Part shown: piece by piece, positions 29,762-41,970 of the stretch
How positions within the stretch are numbered: position 1 is the stretch's first letter
How the letters are laid out: each line of letters begins with the position of its first letter
Origin: an uncultured cyanobacterium
GTDB lineage: Bacteria; Cyanobacteriota; Cyanobacteriia; CAKZMO01
Length of the DNA: 64,000 bases
Assembly: GCA_963719515.1 (NCBI GenBank)
Contig: CAVRCJ010000005.1
Span: forward strand, 1-64,000
Direction: 5' to 3'
Program-made: the position numbers and the translations under genes
Notes under the pieces: generated by a model
Databases searched by the model: none
Told to the model about the DNA's origin: nothing
What the model saw: the letters and a program-made list of their open reading frames with translations, nothing else

Positions 29762-31069
29762 ATGATGCAGTGGTCAAGACGATTGTGGATGCGGTGGGCT
29801 GGGGGAATGCTCCTGGGGCTTAGCTTGAGCGGACTTGCCTCCTGCAATGGCGATTCTGAGTCGACCGGTTCTGCCGCTGGGGAAGCTGAGGTAGAGTTTT
29901 GGACAATGCAGCTTCAGCCCCAGTTTACGGACTACTTTGAGGCATTGATTGCCGATTTTGAGGCAGACAATCCCGGCGTCACCGTCCGCTGGACCGACGT
30001 GCCCTGGGCCGACATGCAGAGCAAAATTCTCACGGCCGTCTCTTCTGGTACTGCACCGGACGTTGTGAACCTTAACCCCGACTTTGCCTCCCAGCTTGCC
30101 ACCCGCAACGCTTGGCTCGATTTGGGCGATCGCGTCCCTGCTGAGGTGCAGGCCACCTACCTGCCCAAGATATGGCAGGCCACCACTCTCAATGACCAAA
30201 GCTTCGGCATTCCCTGGTACCTAACCACCAACGTCACGGTCTACAACCAGGCGCTTCTAGAGGCAGCGGGGATAGAGGGCCCCCCGGCGACCTACGAAGA
30301 GCTAGCGGAGGCCGCGCAGGCCATCAAAGACGAGACGGGCAAGTATGCCTTCTTCACGACCTTTGTGCCGGAAGATTCCGCCGAGGTGCTGCAGTCGCTG
30401 ATTCAGATGGGGGTTCCCTTGGTCGATGAGCAGGGTCAAGCGGCTTTCAATACCTCTACCGGGCGGGAGGCGTTTCAGTATTGGGTCGACCTTTACCAAA
30501 ATGGGCTACTGCCCCGTGAGGTGCTCACCCAGGGCCACCGTCGCGGCATCGACCTCTACCAGTCTGGGGAAACGGCCATGGTGGGCACTAGCCCTCAGTT
30601 TTTGGATACCATCGCCCGCAATGCTCCCGATATTGCCGCTGTCTCCGCCGCCGCACCTCAAATTACCTCCACAGGAGCCAAAAACGTCGCGGCAATGAAC
30701 CTGGTGATTCCCCAGTCCACCGATCAGCCTGAGGCGGCGCTGGATTTTGCTCTATTTGTCACTAATGGAGAGAACCAGCTCGCCTTTGCCAAAGCGGCCA
30801 ATGTGCTGCCCTCTACCGAGGCTTCTCTGGAAGACGCCTACTTCTCCACTGAAAGATCCTCAGGGGAAGAGCCGACCCCAGGGGATTTTGCTCGGGTGAT
30901 CAGCGCCCAGCAAATGGGTGAGGCTGAAGTGCTGGTGCCCGCTATGGAAAACGTCAAGCAGCTGCAAAAGATTTTGTACGAAAATCTGCAGGCGGCCATG
31001 CTGGGGCAGAAGTCTGTAGACCAAGCCCTTATCGATGCTGAAACGCAGTGGAATCAAACGGTGCAGTAG
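29762..31069 (+). CDS. Sugar ABC transporter substrate-binding lipoprotein
   Basis: Lipobox LASC, APDVVNLN, GIPWY. Confidence 0.88.
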   Translation: MMQWSRRLWMRWAGGMLLGLSLSGLASCNGDSESTGSAAGEAEVEFWTMQLQPQFTDYFEALIADFEADNPGVTVRWTDVPWADMQSKILTAVSSGTAPDVVNLNPDFASQLATRNAWLDLGDRVPAEVQATYLPKIWQATTLNDQSFGIPWYLTTNVTVYNQALLEAAGIEGPPATYEELAEAAQAIKDETGKYAFFTTFVPEDSAEVLQSLIQMGVPLVDEQGQAAFNTSTGREAFQYWVDLYQNGLLPREVLTQGHRRGIDLYQSGETAMVGTSPQFLDTIARNAPDIAAVSAAAPQITSTGAKNVAAMNLVIPQSTDQPEAALDFALFVTNGENQLAFAKAANVLPSTEASLEDAYFSTERSSGEEPTPGDFARVISAQQMGEAEVLVPAMENVKQLQKILYENLQAAMLGQKSVDQALIDAETQWNQTVQ

Positions 31070-31313
31070 AGGGTTCCTGTCGGTAACCGTTTGAGCCGGC
31101 AGAAGCACGGCAGGCTATGCCCGCATAAAAACTATTTCGGAATTTGACAACGCCGCAGTTCCGCATTGATAAGGACATTTATAGGGACCATAACGGCACT
31201 CGGCCCCCACGTGTGAACCATTTTTGAAAATGGCCCTACCGCTTGTGACGACGGGGGATGAACTGCGCTAAGGTTGAGACGCTTTGTCGCTCATGTTACT
31301 GTAGGTCGCTGCA

Positions 31314-31598
31314 ATGGATGGTATCGAATTACGCCAGTTAACCCGTCAAGCGCCCTACGAGGGGCGATCGCCCCAGGGTCAGCCCTCGGCCCATCTATCT
31401 GGGCGATCGCTGGATTTTTGTTTGCTGGCGGTGTGCTCCTGCCTGCTGAGCGTCATGTGCCACCAAGCTGGAGGCGTCGCCTCGCAGACGGCTCGGGCTG
31501 CGACAGCGTCACCGCCCCAAATTGATTTTGTCGTTAAGGCCGGGCTAGCAACCGCGCCCCGTCAGGATACGGAGAGCTCTGACGAGGAGGACGTCTAA
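31314..31598 (+). CDS. Hypothetical protein
   Basis: ATG-started ORF with one hydrophobic segment; no recognised motif. Confidence 0.35.
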   Translation: MDGIELRQLTRQAPYEGRSPQGQPSAHLSGRSLDFCLLAVCSCLLSVMCHQAGGVASQTARAATASPPQIDFVVKAGLATAPRQDTESSDEEDV

Positions 31599-31894
31599 TC
31601 CTGGCCATGGGTCGGGCAGGGGGGCGCTGAGATAGAGCGATCGAGCCAGCCGGTGGCCTGCTGCAGCCGAGCGAGAGCGTCGTCTGATTGGTCTGAGAGC
31701 AGGTGAATAAGGGCGATCGCGGCCTGTTCGCGGGCGCGGGCCGTGCGGTTGCCTTTGAGGCGATGCCAGTCTTGGGGCATGATGGCCAGCCGCTCGGCGA
31801 GGACTTGCGCCAAAGCAGCGGTTTCAACCTCGGCGAGGGCGCGGCTTTGGTCGGTGGCGAGGATTTCGGTGAAAAGGGGTTGGGGTGGGGTCAT
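31595..31894 (-). CDS. Conserved cyanobacterial small protein (DUF6439-like)
   Basis: DWHRLKGNRTARAREQ...GWLDRSISAPPCPTHG. Confidence 0.8.
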   Translation of the reverse strand: MTPPQPLFTEILATDQSRALAEVETAALAQVLAERLAIMPQDWHRLKGNRTARAREQAAIALIHLLSDQSDDALARLQQATGWLDRSISAPPCPTHGQD

Positions 31895-31984
31895 GGGCGG
31901 GGTGGGTCTATGACCGCTGCGACAACTTCCTTTAGTCTATCAATATCGCCCCTCGAATTAACCCGCGTATCCGCCAGCGACACC

Positions 31985-32404
31985 ATGCCTCCCTCCAATA
32001 TGCCGCCCGATGTACCGCCCGATGTGCCGCCCGATGTGCCGCCCAATGTGCCGCCGCCGGAGTCCGACAGCGCCGAAGACGAGCTTGACGCCGAGCTGCG
32101 CCAGATAGAGCAGTCGGTGCAGGAACTGCGCGATCGCCATACTCAGGTGACCACAGCCCTGCAGGCCCAGCAAACTTTGAAGGTACAGCAGGCCCGACTG
32201 CAGCACGAGCTGAGGCAGCACCGCACCGAGACGCTCAAGCAAGAGCTAGCCCAGGTGAAGAGCCGCATGGAAGAGCTAGAGCTGACGCTGGAAAGTCAGC
32301 TGTTCTCCTGGGGCAGCCTCAGCGAGCCGTTTTGGCAGGCCGTTCGCTTCGGGGGCCTGGGCCTGCTGATTGGCTGGTTTTTGCGGGCAGCGGTCGGGTG
32401 CTAA
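31985..32404 (+). CDS. Coiled-coil protein with C-terminal TM helix
   Basis: PPDV 12-bp repeats at the N-terminus; LESQLFSW...EPFWQAVRFGGLG. Confidence 0.78.
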   Translation: MPPSNMPPDVPPDVPPDVPPNVPPPESDSAEDELDAELRQIEQSVQELRDRHTQVTTALQAQQTLKVQQARLQHELRQHRTETLKQELAQVKSRMEELELTLESQLFSWGSLSEPFWQAVRFGGLGLLIGWFLRAAVGC

Positions 32405-32601
32405 GGACCGGGGCGGGTAGCCTTCTGCGGCGTCAAGCCCTGAGGAAAGACTAGTGTGGCCGAGACTCTGTCAACGAGCGTTAACAAACTCTCCCGCAAT
32501 CCCGTAGAATGTCATATCCTTTGGCGAACTCCCCTTAACGAGCGTTATCCTGCGTAGTAACCTCTGCTTTGCCGCTCTGCTGCCCCATACTTTTGTTGGT
32601 T

Positions 32602-33927
32602 ATGGTTGCACCCTCATTTGACAGCCCGCCTCCAAGCCGCTCGCCCTACTCACCGTCTTCTAGCGGGTCGGCTCAGGCTGTCTCTTTCGGTGAGACCTCC
32701 CAGCAGTTCATGGCAGACAATCCGCTGTCCGTGGCTGGCGTAACCCGCTACATCCACGACCTAATTGAAGACGATCAGCAGCTGCGTCAGGTTTGGATTG
32801 TTGGAGAAGTTTCTAGCGCCAGTCAATACCGCAGCGGCATTTTCTTCACGCTGCAGGACCCAGACGCCGACATGGCCATCAGCGCCGTTGTTTGGAGCAA
32901 CCGTATCCGCCGCTTAGCGGTGATGCCAGAACCGGGTGAGCAAATTGTGGTTTTGGGGCAGGTTCGGGTCCATCAAAAGCGGGGGACTTACCAGCTCAAC
33001 GTCTGGCAAGCGCTGCCCGCAGGGGAAGGGCTAAGGGCTTTACGGTACCGTCAGCTGCGGCAGCGTCTGGCTGCTGAAGGTCTGTTTGAGGCAACGCAAA
33101 AGCGATCGCTACCCGCCCACCCAAGAACCGTCGCCGTTGTCACCTCGCCTCAAGCGGCCGCCTGGGGAGACATCTTGCGGACCCTGCGGCGGCGCTATCC
33201 GGGACTCCATATTTTGTTCTCTCCTGCCCTGGTGCAGGGGGATCAGGCTCCTGCGGCGATTGTGCAGGCCATTGAGCGGGTTCAAAAAGATCAGCGCGCC
33301 GAGGTCTTGATTTTGTCTCGCGGCGGGGGCGCGACGGAAGATATGACCTGCTTCAACGACGAGCGAGTGGTGCGGGCGATCGCTCAATGCCCCATTCCCA
33401 TCGTCTCCGGCATTGGTCACCAGCGGGACGAAACCCTAGCAGACCTGGCCGCAGATATCTGTGTTCATACCCCCACAGCAGCGGCAGAACAGGCGGTGCC
33501 TAAGCTCTCCGAGGTGTCCAGCGCCCACCACGAGCGGACGGTGGCACTACAGCAGACGGTAGCGCTTTTTCTTCAGTCACAGCACGATCGGCTCCAGCAC
33601 CTGCGATCGCGGCTCCGCTACCTGCAGCTCGGCCAACGCATTCAGCGGGAGGAGCGCACCATTAGCCGCCAGCGTCTAATTCTCCTGCAGGCAACGGCGC
33701 TGCGACTACAGCAAGCCGAGCACCAGCGCCAGATGCTCTCCCAAACCCTATCGTCCCTCGACCCACACCAGGTGCTCAGTCGGGGCTACGCTCTACTGCG
33801 TCAGGAGAACGGAACGGTTGTCCGCTCAGCTGATGACTTGGCCCCCGGCCAGACGCTGCAGGTGCAGCTGGCAGAGGGTAGGGCTCGGGTGCAGGTTCTA
33901 GACGTCAATCGGGGTGATGAACCATAG
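32602..33927 (+). CDS. xseA: Exodeoxyribonuclease VII large subunit (start uncertain)
   Basis: VWIVGEVS, RGGGATED, SGIGHQRD, TPTAAAE, LSRGYA. Confidence 0.95.
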   Translation: MVAPSFDSPPPSRSPYSPSSSGSAQAVSFGETSQQFMADNPLSVAGVTRYIHDLIEDDQQLRQVWIVGEVSSASQYRSGIFFTLQDPDADMAISAVVWSNRIRRLAVMPEPGEQIVVLGQVRVHQKRGTYQLNVWQALPAGEGLRALRYRQLRQRLAAEGLFEATQKRSLPAHPRTVAVVTSPQAAAWGDILRTLRRRYPGLHILFSPALVQGDQAPAAIVQAIERVQKDQRAEVLILSRGGGATEDMTCFNDERVVRAIAQCPIPIVSGIGHQRDETLADLAADICVHTPTAAAEQAVPKLSEVSSAHHERTVALQQTVALFLQSQHDRLQHLRSRLRYLQLGQRIQREERTISRQRLILLQATALRLQQAEHQRQMLSQTLSSLDPHQVLSRGYALLRQENGTVVRSADDLAPGQTLQVQLAEGRARVQVLDVNRGDEP

Positions 33928-34036
33928 CCTTTTGGAGGGGGATAGCTTTCCCCAAAAAACGCTGCTTACCGCTCTAGAAGTTTGACGCCCTGGGCTTGTG
34001 AGCCAACCCGTGAACCAACTTACCCCATAGCCCCCG

Positions 34037-34288
34037 ATGACCGACATAGAACATTCAAGTCTGCCCTCTTCCCAGCCCCCTCCGGATTCTGACTGGAACT
34101 ATGAGGCAACGGTTGCTGAGGTAGAGCAATTCATTCACCAAATCGAGACGGGGGAGCTAGAGCTTGCCGAGGTGTTTGACCAGTTCTCAGCCGCCGTTGA
34201 GCGACTGCAGCAGTGCGAAGCGTTTCTCAGCTACCACCGCCAGCAGGTTGATGTCCTCATAGAAACTCTCGACGCAAGCGACATCTGA
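34037..34288 (+). CDS. xseB: Exodeoxyribonuclease VII small subunit
   Basis: WNYEATVAEVE...IETGELEL; directly downstream of xseA. Confidence 0.9.
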   Translation: MTDIEHSSLPSSQPPPDSDWNYEATVAEVEQFIHQIETGELELAEVFDQFSAAVERLQQCEAFLSYHRQQVDVLIETLDASDI

Positions 34289-34321
34289 CGTCTGGCAGGT
34301 AGGGATATAGGCTGCTGGTCT

Positions 34322-34837
34322 TTAGAGGGTGGCGAATCCAAAGGTGACGTTAAACTCTTGGCACCAAACGACAGCCGACTGAAAATCTTCCACCGAGACG
34401 TCCTCTGGAATGGCGTAGCGCTGGCTGCCCGTGGTTGACTGCAGCTCTCCAAGGTTAACGAACTGCTCTGAACTATAGCTTTGGGGAACAGCTTCTCTGT
34501 GAAGCAATACGAATAGGTCTGGCCCGTCGTCAGACTGGAAGGCGTCGTCAAACTCGAGGTAGCGTTTGCCGTCTACCTCGACGACAGTTGCGGTCCCTAT
34601 TGTGGGGTGATCGACCCCCTGAAATTCTCCGCTTTGGGTGGTGGCAACCGCTGCCCCGGCGCAGGGATTGGCGGCGCAAGGATTGGCGGCGCAGGGATTG
34701 GCGGCACAGGGATTGGCGGCACAGGGATTGGCGGCACAGGGGCTCGCCTGGGCGGGCTGGACGTCCGCGATGACGGCAAGTGAGCCTAGAGAGATTGTGG
34801 ACGAAATGGCTAGGGCGACGAGGTAAGAGAGCTTCAT
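34322..34837 (-). CDS. Exported DM13-domain protein with (N/S)PCAA repeats
   Basis: Signal peptide, 6x PCA[AG], GPDLFVLL, GSQRYAIP, VVWCQEFNVTFG. Confidence 0.85.
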   Translation of the reverse strand: MKLSYLVALAISSTISLGSLAVIADVQPAQASPCAANPCAANPCAANPCAANPCAANPCAGAAVATTQSGEFQGVDHPTIGTATVVEVDGKRYLEFDDAFQSDDGPDLFVLLHREAVPQSYSSEQFVNLGELQSTTGSQRYAIPEDVSVEDFQSAVVWCQEFNVTFGFATL

Positions 34838-34994
34838 AGGACCTGTTTCTTTTGGGTGTAGGGGTGGTTTGTAGCTCCGAAAGCTTGGCTACAGGTCTTA
34901 GTAAACTGGTGAAGCCTGAATTTACCCTGAGCTCAAGGTGCTTTCCCGATGAGCTTTAGCTGAACAGAAAATCATGTCCTCGTGCCCCGGTCGG

Positions 34995-35453
34995 TTAGAG
35001 GCGCGTTAGGGATACGGCATCAATATACTCGCGCCAGCGCTGAATTCGCCCACCTCGAAGGTCGATAGCGATCGCGTCTTCTGCCCGCGAAGTCTGCCCC
35101 GTCGAGAGATCTGTGTCCTCCCAGTACCACTCTAGGAGGGCGCGGTTGCCCTGCACCACGAGGTTGCGAAGCTCGATGGTATTGACTTCATAGGTCGTGA
35201 TATAGGCCTGAAACGCCTCTAGGATGGCCTCTGGTCCTCTGCAGACCTGACCTGGAAAAATAAATTCACCTTCGTCCCAGAATAGAGCGGCGAAGGCCTG
35301 ACCATCACCCTCTAGCCAGGCTCGTCTAGCCTGGGAGATGATGGCTCGGAAATCTGAATGGCTGTCCGACAATAGACTCAAGGGTCCACTATAAAAAATG
35401 GGAGTCAGGCCAATAGCGCGAAGAAATTGACGCCTCTGCACGGTGCTGCTCAA
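34995..35453 (-). CDS. SnoaL/NTF2-like family protein
   Basis: FAALFWDEGEF, EWYWEDT, IQRWREYID; Tat-like RRQFL. Confidence 0.78.
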   Translation of the reverse strand: MSSTVQRRQFLRAIGLTPIFYSGPLSLLSDSHSDFRAIISQARRAWLEGDGQAFAALFWDEGEFIFPGQVCRGPEAILEAFQAYITTYEVNTIELRNLVVQGNRALLEWYWEDTDLSTGQTSRAEDAIAIDLRGGRIQRWREYIDAVSLTRL

Positions 35454-35712
35454 CTGTTCGTTCTAAGTATGGCTTCAAGCGAGCGAGCGGTGCCTTTTGG
35501 TAGGCCAACTCTCGCGTGACGCGCCACAAGCCGATTGAGAAGTGATCGGCGGTCATGAGCGCCTTGTTCTTCTGCCCGAGGGTGCACCTCCTGGCCAGAG
35601 CCACTTCATCCACTTAAATTTGTGATAGGGGTGATGAGGACTCTATGGGGTGAGTGACGGAAGCTCTCTTTCCTAGGCTAGCGGCGATCGAGGAATTTTC
35701 GGCATAGAGGCG

Positions 35713-36549
35713 TTACCGATGCAGCGCTTCAGCATGATGCCGCACATGGTCCCCAATTACCGTCGCAATAAAGTAATAGCTGTGGTCATAGCCTGGATGG
35801 CGACGCAGCATTAGCGGCTGATTGACTTCGCCGCAGGCTGCCTCAAATATCTCCGGCAGCAGCTGACCTTGAGCTAAGAACGAATCGTCCTCCCCTTGGT
35901 CTACCAAAATCGGATAGTCGTGCTGCTGCAGGCGTACGACCTCGCTGGCATCGTAGGCCCGCCATTCTGATTCGTGTCCTAGGTAAAGGCCAAATGCCTT
36001 CTTGCCCCAGTCGCACTGAGTCGGGGCGGCGATGGGGGCAATAGCCGAAATCGACCGGTAGCGATCGCGGTGGCGGAGGCCGCAGACCAGTGCCCCGTGG
36101 CCCCCCATGGAGTGACCGCAAATGCTGGCGCGATCGTCGACGGGGAAGTTGTCTTGAATGATGCGGGGCAGCTCTTCGGCGACATAGCTGTACATCTGGT
36201 AGTGCTGTCGCCAAGGCTCGGCGGTGGCATCGACGTAAAAGCCCGCCCCGCTGCCAATGTCCCAATCGTTGTCTTCACCAGGAATACCGGTGCTGCGGGG
36301 GCTGGTGTCAGGGGCGACAAGCATAATGCCCTGCTCGGCGGCGTAGCGCTGGGCTCCGGCCTTAGTGGTGAAGTTCTCCTCGGTGCAGGTGAGGCCGGAG
36401 AGGAAGTAAAGCACCGGCACGGGGCCATCTTTAGCCTGAGGCGGGATGTAGACCGCAAAGTTCATTTTGCTGTGGCAGAGGTTGGAGGTGTGGCTGTAGA
36501 AGCCGACGGTGCCGTCAAAGCAGGTGTATTGATTGCGGAGGGTCAGCAT
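35713..36549 (-). CDS. fghA: S-formylglutathione hydrolase
   Basis: LSGLTCTEENF, GHSMGGHGAL, GYDHSYYF. Confidence 0.95.
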   Translation of the reverse strand: MLTLRNQYTCFDGTVGFYSHTSNLCHSKMNFAVYIPPQAKDGPVPVLYFLSGLTCTEENFTTKAGAQRYAAEQGIMLVAPDTSPRSTGIPGEDNDWDIGSGAGFYVDATAEPWRQHYQMYSYVAEELPRIIQDNFPVDDRASICGHSMGGHGALVCGLRHRDRYRSISAIAPIAAPTQCDWGKKAFGLYLGHESEWRAYDASEVVRLQQHDYPILVDQGEDDSFLAQGQLLPEIFEAACGEVNQPLMLRRHPGYDHSYYFIATVIGDHVRHHAEALHR

Positions 36550-36662
36550 AGGAAATGAATTTTGGAATGTCGATCGGTTAGGGACACAGCCTGATGCGTC
36601 CGTACGCTTTCGGGGATGCATCTAGAAATACTAAGCGGTCACGGGACGTAGAAGATGCAGTC

Positions 36663-37772
36663 TTAGAACGTCAAAACCGTGCGAATTGACTCACCCTTGT
36701 GCATGAGCTCAAAGGCCTCATTCACCTGCTCTACCGGCATCACGTGGGTAATCAGGTCATCAATGTCGAGCTTGCCGTCCATGTACCAATCCACGATCTT
36801 GGGCACGTCAGTGCGGCCCCTGGCCCCACCAAACGCCGACCCGCGCCAAACGCGCCCCGTCACCAGCTGAAACGGACGGGTACTGATCTCCTCTCCCGCC
36901 CCCGCGACGCCAATCACCACGCTCTCCCCCCAGCCCTTGTGGCAGGCCTCCAGCGCCTGGCGCATCAGCTTCACGCTGCCCACGCATTCGAAGGTGTAGT
37001 CCGCCCCGCCCCTGGTCAAGTCCACTAGGTAGGGCACCAAATCTCCCTCCACCTCTTTGGGGTTGACGAAGTGGGTCATGCCAAAAGACTCGGCGATCGC
37101 CTTTTTATCGGGGTTGATATCCACGCCGATAATTTGGTTCGCCCCTACCATGCGGCAGGCCTGAATAACGTTGAGGCCAATGCCTCCTAGACCAAACACG
37201 ATTACGTTTGCGCCTGGCTCCACCTTGGCGGTGTTGATTACCGCGCCGACGCCCGTCGTAACGCCGCAGCCGATATAGCACACCTTCTCAAAGGGGGCGT
37301 CCTCACGAATCTTAGCAACGGCAATTTCAGGCAGCACCGTATAGTTGGCAAACGTCGAGGTGCCCATATAGTGGTACAGCGGCTTGCCGTTCAGGGAAAA
37401 TCGGCTGGTGCCGTCGGGCATGAGGCCCTTGCCCTGGGTGCTCCGAATGGCCTGACAGAGGTTGGTCTTCATGTTGAGGCAGTACTCGCACTGGCGGCAC
37501 TCTGGCGTATACAGCGGAATGACGTGATCCCCCGGTTTAACGCTGGAGACCTCTGGCCCCACCTCTACCACAACCCCAGCGCCCTCGTGCCCCAGAATGG
37601 TCGGAAACAGCCCCTCTGGGTCTCTGCCCGACAGAGTGTAGGCGTCGGTGTGACAGACGCCGGTTGCCTTAATCTCGATCAGCACTTCCCCCGCTTTCGG
37701 GCCTTCTAGCTGAACGGTTTCAAGGGTAAGAGGAGCCTTGGCCTCAAGAGCGATCGCGGCTTTAACGTCCAT
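36663..37772 (-). CDS. frmA: S-(hydroxymethyl)glutathione dehydrogenase (class III ADH)
   Basis: [26 protein letters not shown]. Confidence 0.96.
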   Translation of the reverse strand: MDVKAAIALEAKAPLTLETVQLEGPKAGEVLIEIKATGVCHTDAYTLSGRDPEGLFPTILGHEGAGVVVEVGPEVSSVKPGDHVIPLYTPECRQCEYCLNMKTNLCQAIRSTQGKGLMPDGTSRFSLNGKPLYHYMGTSTFANYTVLPEIAVAKIREDAPFEKVCYIGCGVTTGVGAVINTAKVEPGANVIVFGLGGIGLNVIQACRMVGANQIIGVDINPDKKAIAESFGMTHFVNPKEVEGDLVPYLVDLTRGGADYTFECVGSVKLMRQALEACHKGWGESVVIGVAGAGEEISTRPFQLVTGRVWRGSAFGGARGRTDVPKIVDWYMDGKLDIDDLITHVMPVEQVNEAFELMHKGESIRTVLTF

Positions 37773-37839
37773 AGCAAGTAGAGTAGGTAGGTATTTCGGA
37801 GAATGTCGTTTTGAGGAGAACCGAAGTCAGCTCAATCCG

Positions 37840-38484
37840 TTAGGGCGAAGCCACCGCCCAAGCGGCCTCGAAAAACGCCAGCTCGCACTCCATAGCATAG
37901 CGGTAGGTTGGTCTTACTTCGGGGGAGTGGGTGCCGTAGGTGTCGGTGAGTGCCGCTAGCTGGGTGACTAAGCCCTCGAACTCATCACCGCTGTAGGTCC
38001 GAATCCAGTCGGCGTAGCGGTGCTGGGGCACAGCGGGCTGGGCCAGCTCTTTTCCCAAAGCCGCATAGAGCCGCATGCAGGGGGTCATGGCAGCGGTGAT
38101 GATGCCTAGGTCTTTTCCCCAAGCGGTGGACAAAAGAAAGTCGGTATAGCGCCGGGTCGCGGCTCCGGGGCTTACGTCATTGAGTTCTACGCCCCAGGAG
38201 GCCGCATAGCCCTGATGCAGCGTCAGCTCCTCTAGCACTCCCGCCGCCAGCTGGTGAAACACCTGAAAGCTTTGCCAGTCTGACGCTTTAGCAGCGGCAA
38301 TGCTGTAGGCCCGGGCAAAGGCCTCTAGGAAAAATGCGTCTTGGCCAACGTAATAGCTAAAGATTTCTTTGGAGAGCGAACCGTCGGCAAGCCCCTGCAC
38401 AAAGGGGTGGTGAAGACAGGCGATCGCCAGGTCTTGGTTCTCTTGCCAGAGCTGTTGAGAAAGGGTTGGCGTTACCGAAAGCAT
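37840..38484 (-). CDS. tenA: TenA/thiaminase II family protein
   Basis: HPFVQGLADGSL, YVGQDAFFL, PCMRLY, WIRTYS, ELAFF. Confidence 0.9.
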   Translation of the reverse strand: MLSVTPTLSQQLWQENQDLAIACLHHPFVQGLADGSLSKEIFSYYVGQDAFFLEAFARAYSIAAAKASDWQSFQVFHQLAAGVLEELTLHQGYAASWGVELNDVSPGAATRRYTDFLLSTAWGKDLGIITAAMTPCMRLYAALGKELAQPAVPQHRYADWIRTYSGDEFEGLVTQLAALTDTYGTHSPEVRPTYRYAMECELAFFEAAWAVASP

Positions 38485-38640
38485 TGCACCAAAGATAGTT
38501 CCGGGACTCAAATTATCGTCAGTACTAGAGTGGGGGTGAGCGATCGCGCCTAGAAAACCAGACACGACGCCCACCCCCACAATCCGTGTCAGAGCCAAAG
38601 GTTAACCCTGGCAAAGACCCAAACGGTCGGACCTATTGAA

Positions 38641-39639
38641 CTAAGCCCTAGCCGCAGCAGGCTGCTTCTCAGCAGTGATTTTCTCGTAGGCCTCTCGCAT
38701 CTTCAGGCCCACGAGCACCTGAAATAGTCCGGTTCCGTTGTTGGAGCCCGGATACTCGCGGTGCTTAAGCAGCAGCTCGGTCATCTCGCCGTAGAACTTC
38801 GCTGAGGTGTTGCTGAGGTGGCTCTCGACGTAAATCATCTCTTCGAGCTTGTCAAACTGGCCGTCTACCTCTAGCACCGATACTTCGTTGCCGTAGTAGG
38901 CGTCAGGACCGTAGTACATGCGGAACCCTGGGTAAGAGCAGGTCAGCTTGCGGCCGCAGGGCGTCCAGTTGATAGTAGAGCCTTCGTCGAACAGGTAGAC
39001 CGGATCGAAACCCTGACCCTCTCTTTGAATCAGGCGCACGCGTAGGATCTTGCGCTCCTTATCGTCGGGAATCAAGTTTGTGGGGAGCACCTGAATGACA
39101 ACGTCGGCATACTGCTTCTGTACATCAATGTAGGCCTCGAAGTCGGGGCGACGGGCATTGATAGAGGCAATAACGTCTTCGTAGGTGTGGCCTCGCTCGG
39201 CCATGTCGCGCTGAATCTTCCAGGCCACTTTGACCTCATCGCCAATATCCAGATAGACGCTGAAGTCGAGCAGCTCGCGTACCCGCTCGTCATACATCGG
39301 GTGTAAGCCCTCAATGACGATGATGTTGTTGGGTTCGATGCGCTCAGGGGGATCAAGCTCGCCAGTCTCGTGGTTGTAGATTGGCTTGTCGATAGCTTGT
39401 CCCTCTTTCAAAGCTTTGATCTGCTCATACATCAGATCAAAGTTATTCGCCTTCGGATTCAGCGCGGTAACGCCGGCTTTCTTCCGTCCCTTACGATCCA
39501 GGCTGTGGTAGTCGTCAAGACAGATCACCGTCATAAATTCTTCACCGAACAAATCACTTAGGCGGCGCAAGAACGTGGACTTACCACACCCAGAATCTCC
39601 GGCAACACCAATCAAAACCACCCGGTCTGGCTTACTCAT
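38641..39639 (-). CDS. prk: Phosphoribulokinase
   Basis: GVAGDSGCGKST, CLDDYH, RDMAERGH. Confidence 0.97.
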   Translation of the reverse strand: MSKPDRVVLIGVAGDSGCGKSTFLRRLSDLFGEEFMTVICLDDYHSLDRKGRKKAGVTALNPKANNFDLMYEQIKALKEGQAIDKPIYNHETGELDPPERIEPNNIIVIEGLHPMYDERVRELLDFSVYLDIGDEVKVAWKIQRDMAERGHTYEDVIASINARRPDFEAYIDVQKQYADVVIQVLPTNLIPDDKERKILRVRLIQREGQGFDPVYLFDEGSTINWTPCGRKLTCSYPGFRMYYGPDAYYGNEVSVLEVDGQFDKLEEMIYVESHLSNTSAKFYGEMTELLLKHREYPGSNNGTGLFQVLVGLKMREAYEKITAEKQPAAARA

Positions 39640-39743
39640 TAGGCTCCCTCAACAAACAGTCTTAATAAACTATAAACAAACAGCAAAACATCCATACTAG
39701 AAGCTAGGATTGAGCAAAATCGCCCTGACCTCCTGCCCAAATG

Positions 39744-39759
39744 TGTGAGTCACCTCACA
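39744..39759. promoter_or_regulatory. Perfect CRP-family consensus site
   Basis: TGTGA-GTCACC-TCACA, ~105 bp upstream of the prk start. Confidence 0.55.
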
Positions 39760-40553
39760 AGGGAAGTTCACATAAGATGCTATGTGTACAATATCAGCAT
39801 CACCGACTGTGCCTGCAAAAACGACGCGATCGCTTCTCCAACAATGCTGGAGATTTGCGCTCAGCAGCCTTTATTCGGAGGTACAAAGACGCTTAGGCCC
39901 CATTTGCGATGGATTGACAGCACCTCGGGACAAAAAATCGCCTACGGTTCTACCAACAGCTCCGTAAAGCCGTAGCGATCGCTGGGATCGACGAACTGCG
40001 TACTAAACCGGTTAAGTATTTAGTACTAGATATCACCGTTGATATTACCAGAAGCCGATCCCCACTACAAGGCTGATTTGAGCTGAGATTGTCTTAATTT
40101 CGGTCAACCTGGTTTACCGTCGCAGCGAGGCCCTGAATGTGTCTATAGCGACACAATTGTCAAGAGAATTTCGGTAGCTCCAAATTTTGGCTCTATTGAC
40201 GACGCAAACGGCAACATTGCTAACAGCGTCCTACCGTAAGCTCTGCTAGCCTAGAAACCCAAGCGGCGGCGCAGGACAGCAGGCTGCGTAACTGCATAGC
40301 TCAGCCTCTGGGGAAAGCCCGGAAGAAAGGCGAGAAAAACATGGAGAAATAGACTCCTTCAAGGTTTCCCGAGTTATTGCCAGTATGGGGTTAGGGTTGG
40401 ACTAGCTCGTCCGGATGACTTGTCAATGTTAGGCTAATAAAAATTGCTCTACTGCTAGAACTTACTCTCTCACGCTTCTAAAAATACAACGTGCGATTGA
40501 TCTAGCGGGGGCAAGGGCGTTGGCGGTTAGTCGCGCCAAACTTTGATATATAG

Positions 40554-41816
<1,263 letters not shown>

Positions 41817-41880
41817 TTGGGGTTTCGAAGGCGTATGTGCTCGTATTCTTCGATAGGAGTACAAGGGATGTGACCGTTTT

Positions 41881-41951
41881 ATAGGGACATGGCAATGCCG
41901 TGTCCCTATCTATTTTGCGCCCCATCAGGGCGAGCGGCCGTCCACCCTGAT
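41881..41951. repeat. Two REP-like hairpins between convergent genes
   Basis: ATAGGGACATGGC-AAT-GCCGTGTCCCTAT and CATCAGGG...CCCTGATG. Confidence 0.7.
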
Positions 41952-41970
41952 GGGGCAGCGGGCGGTTGGG

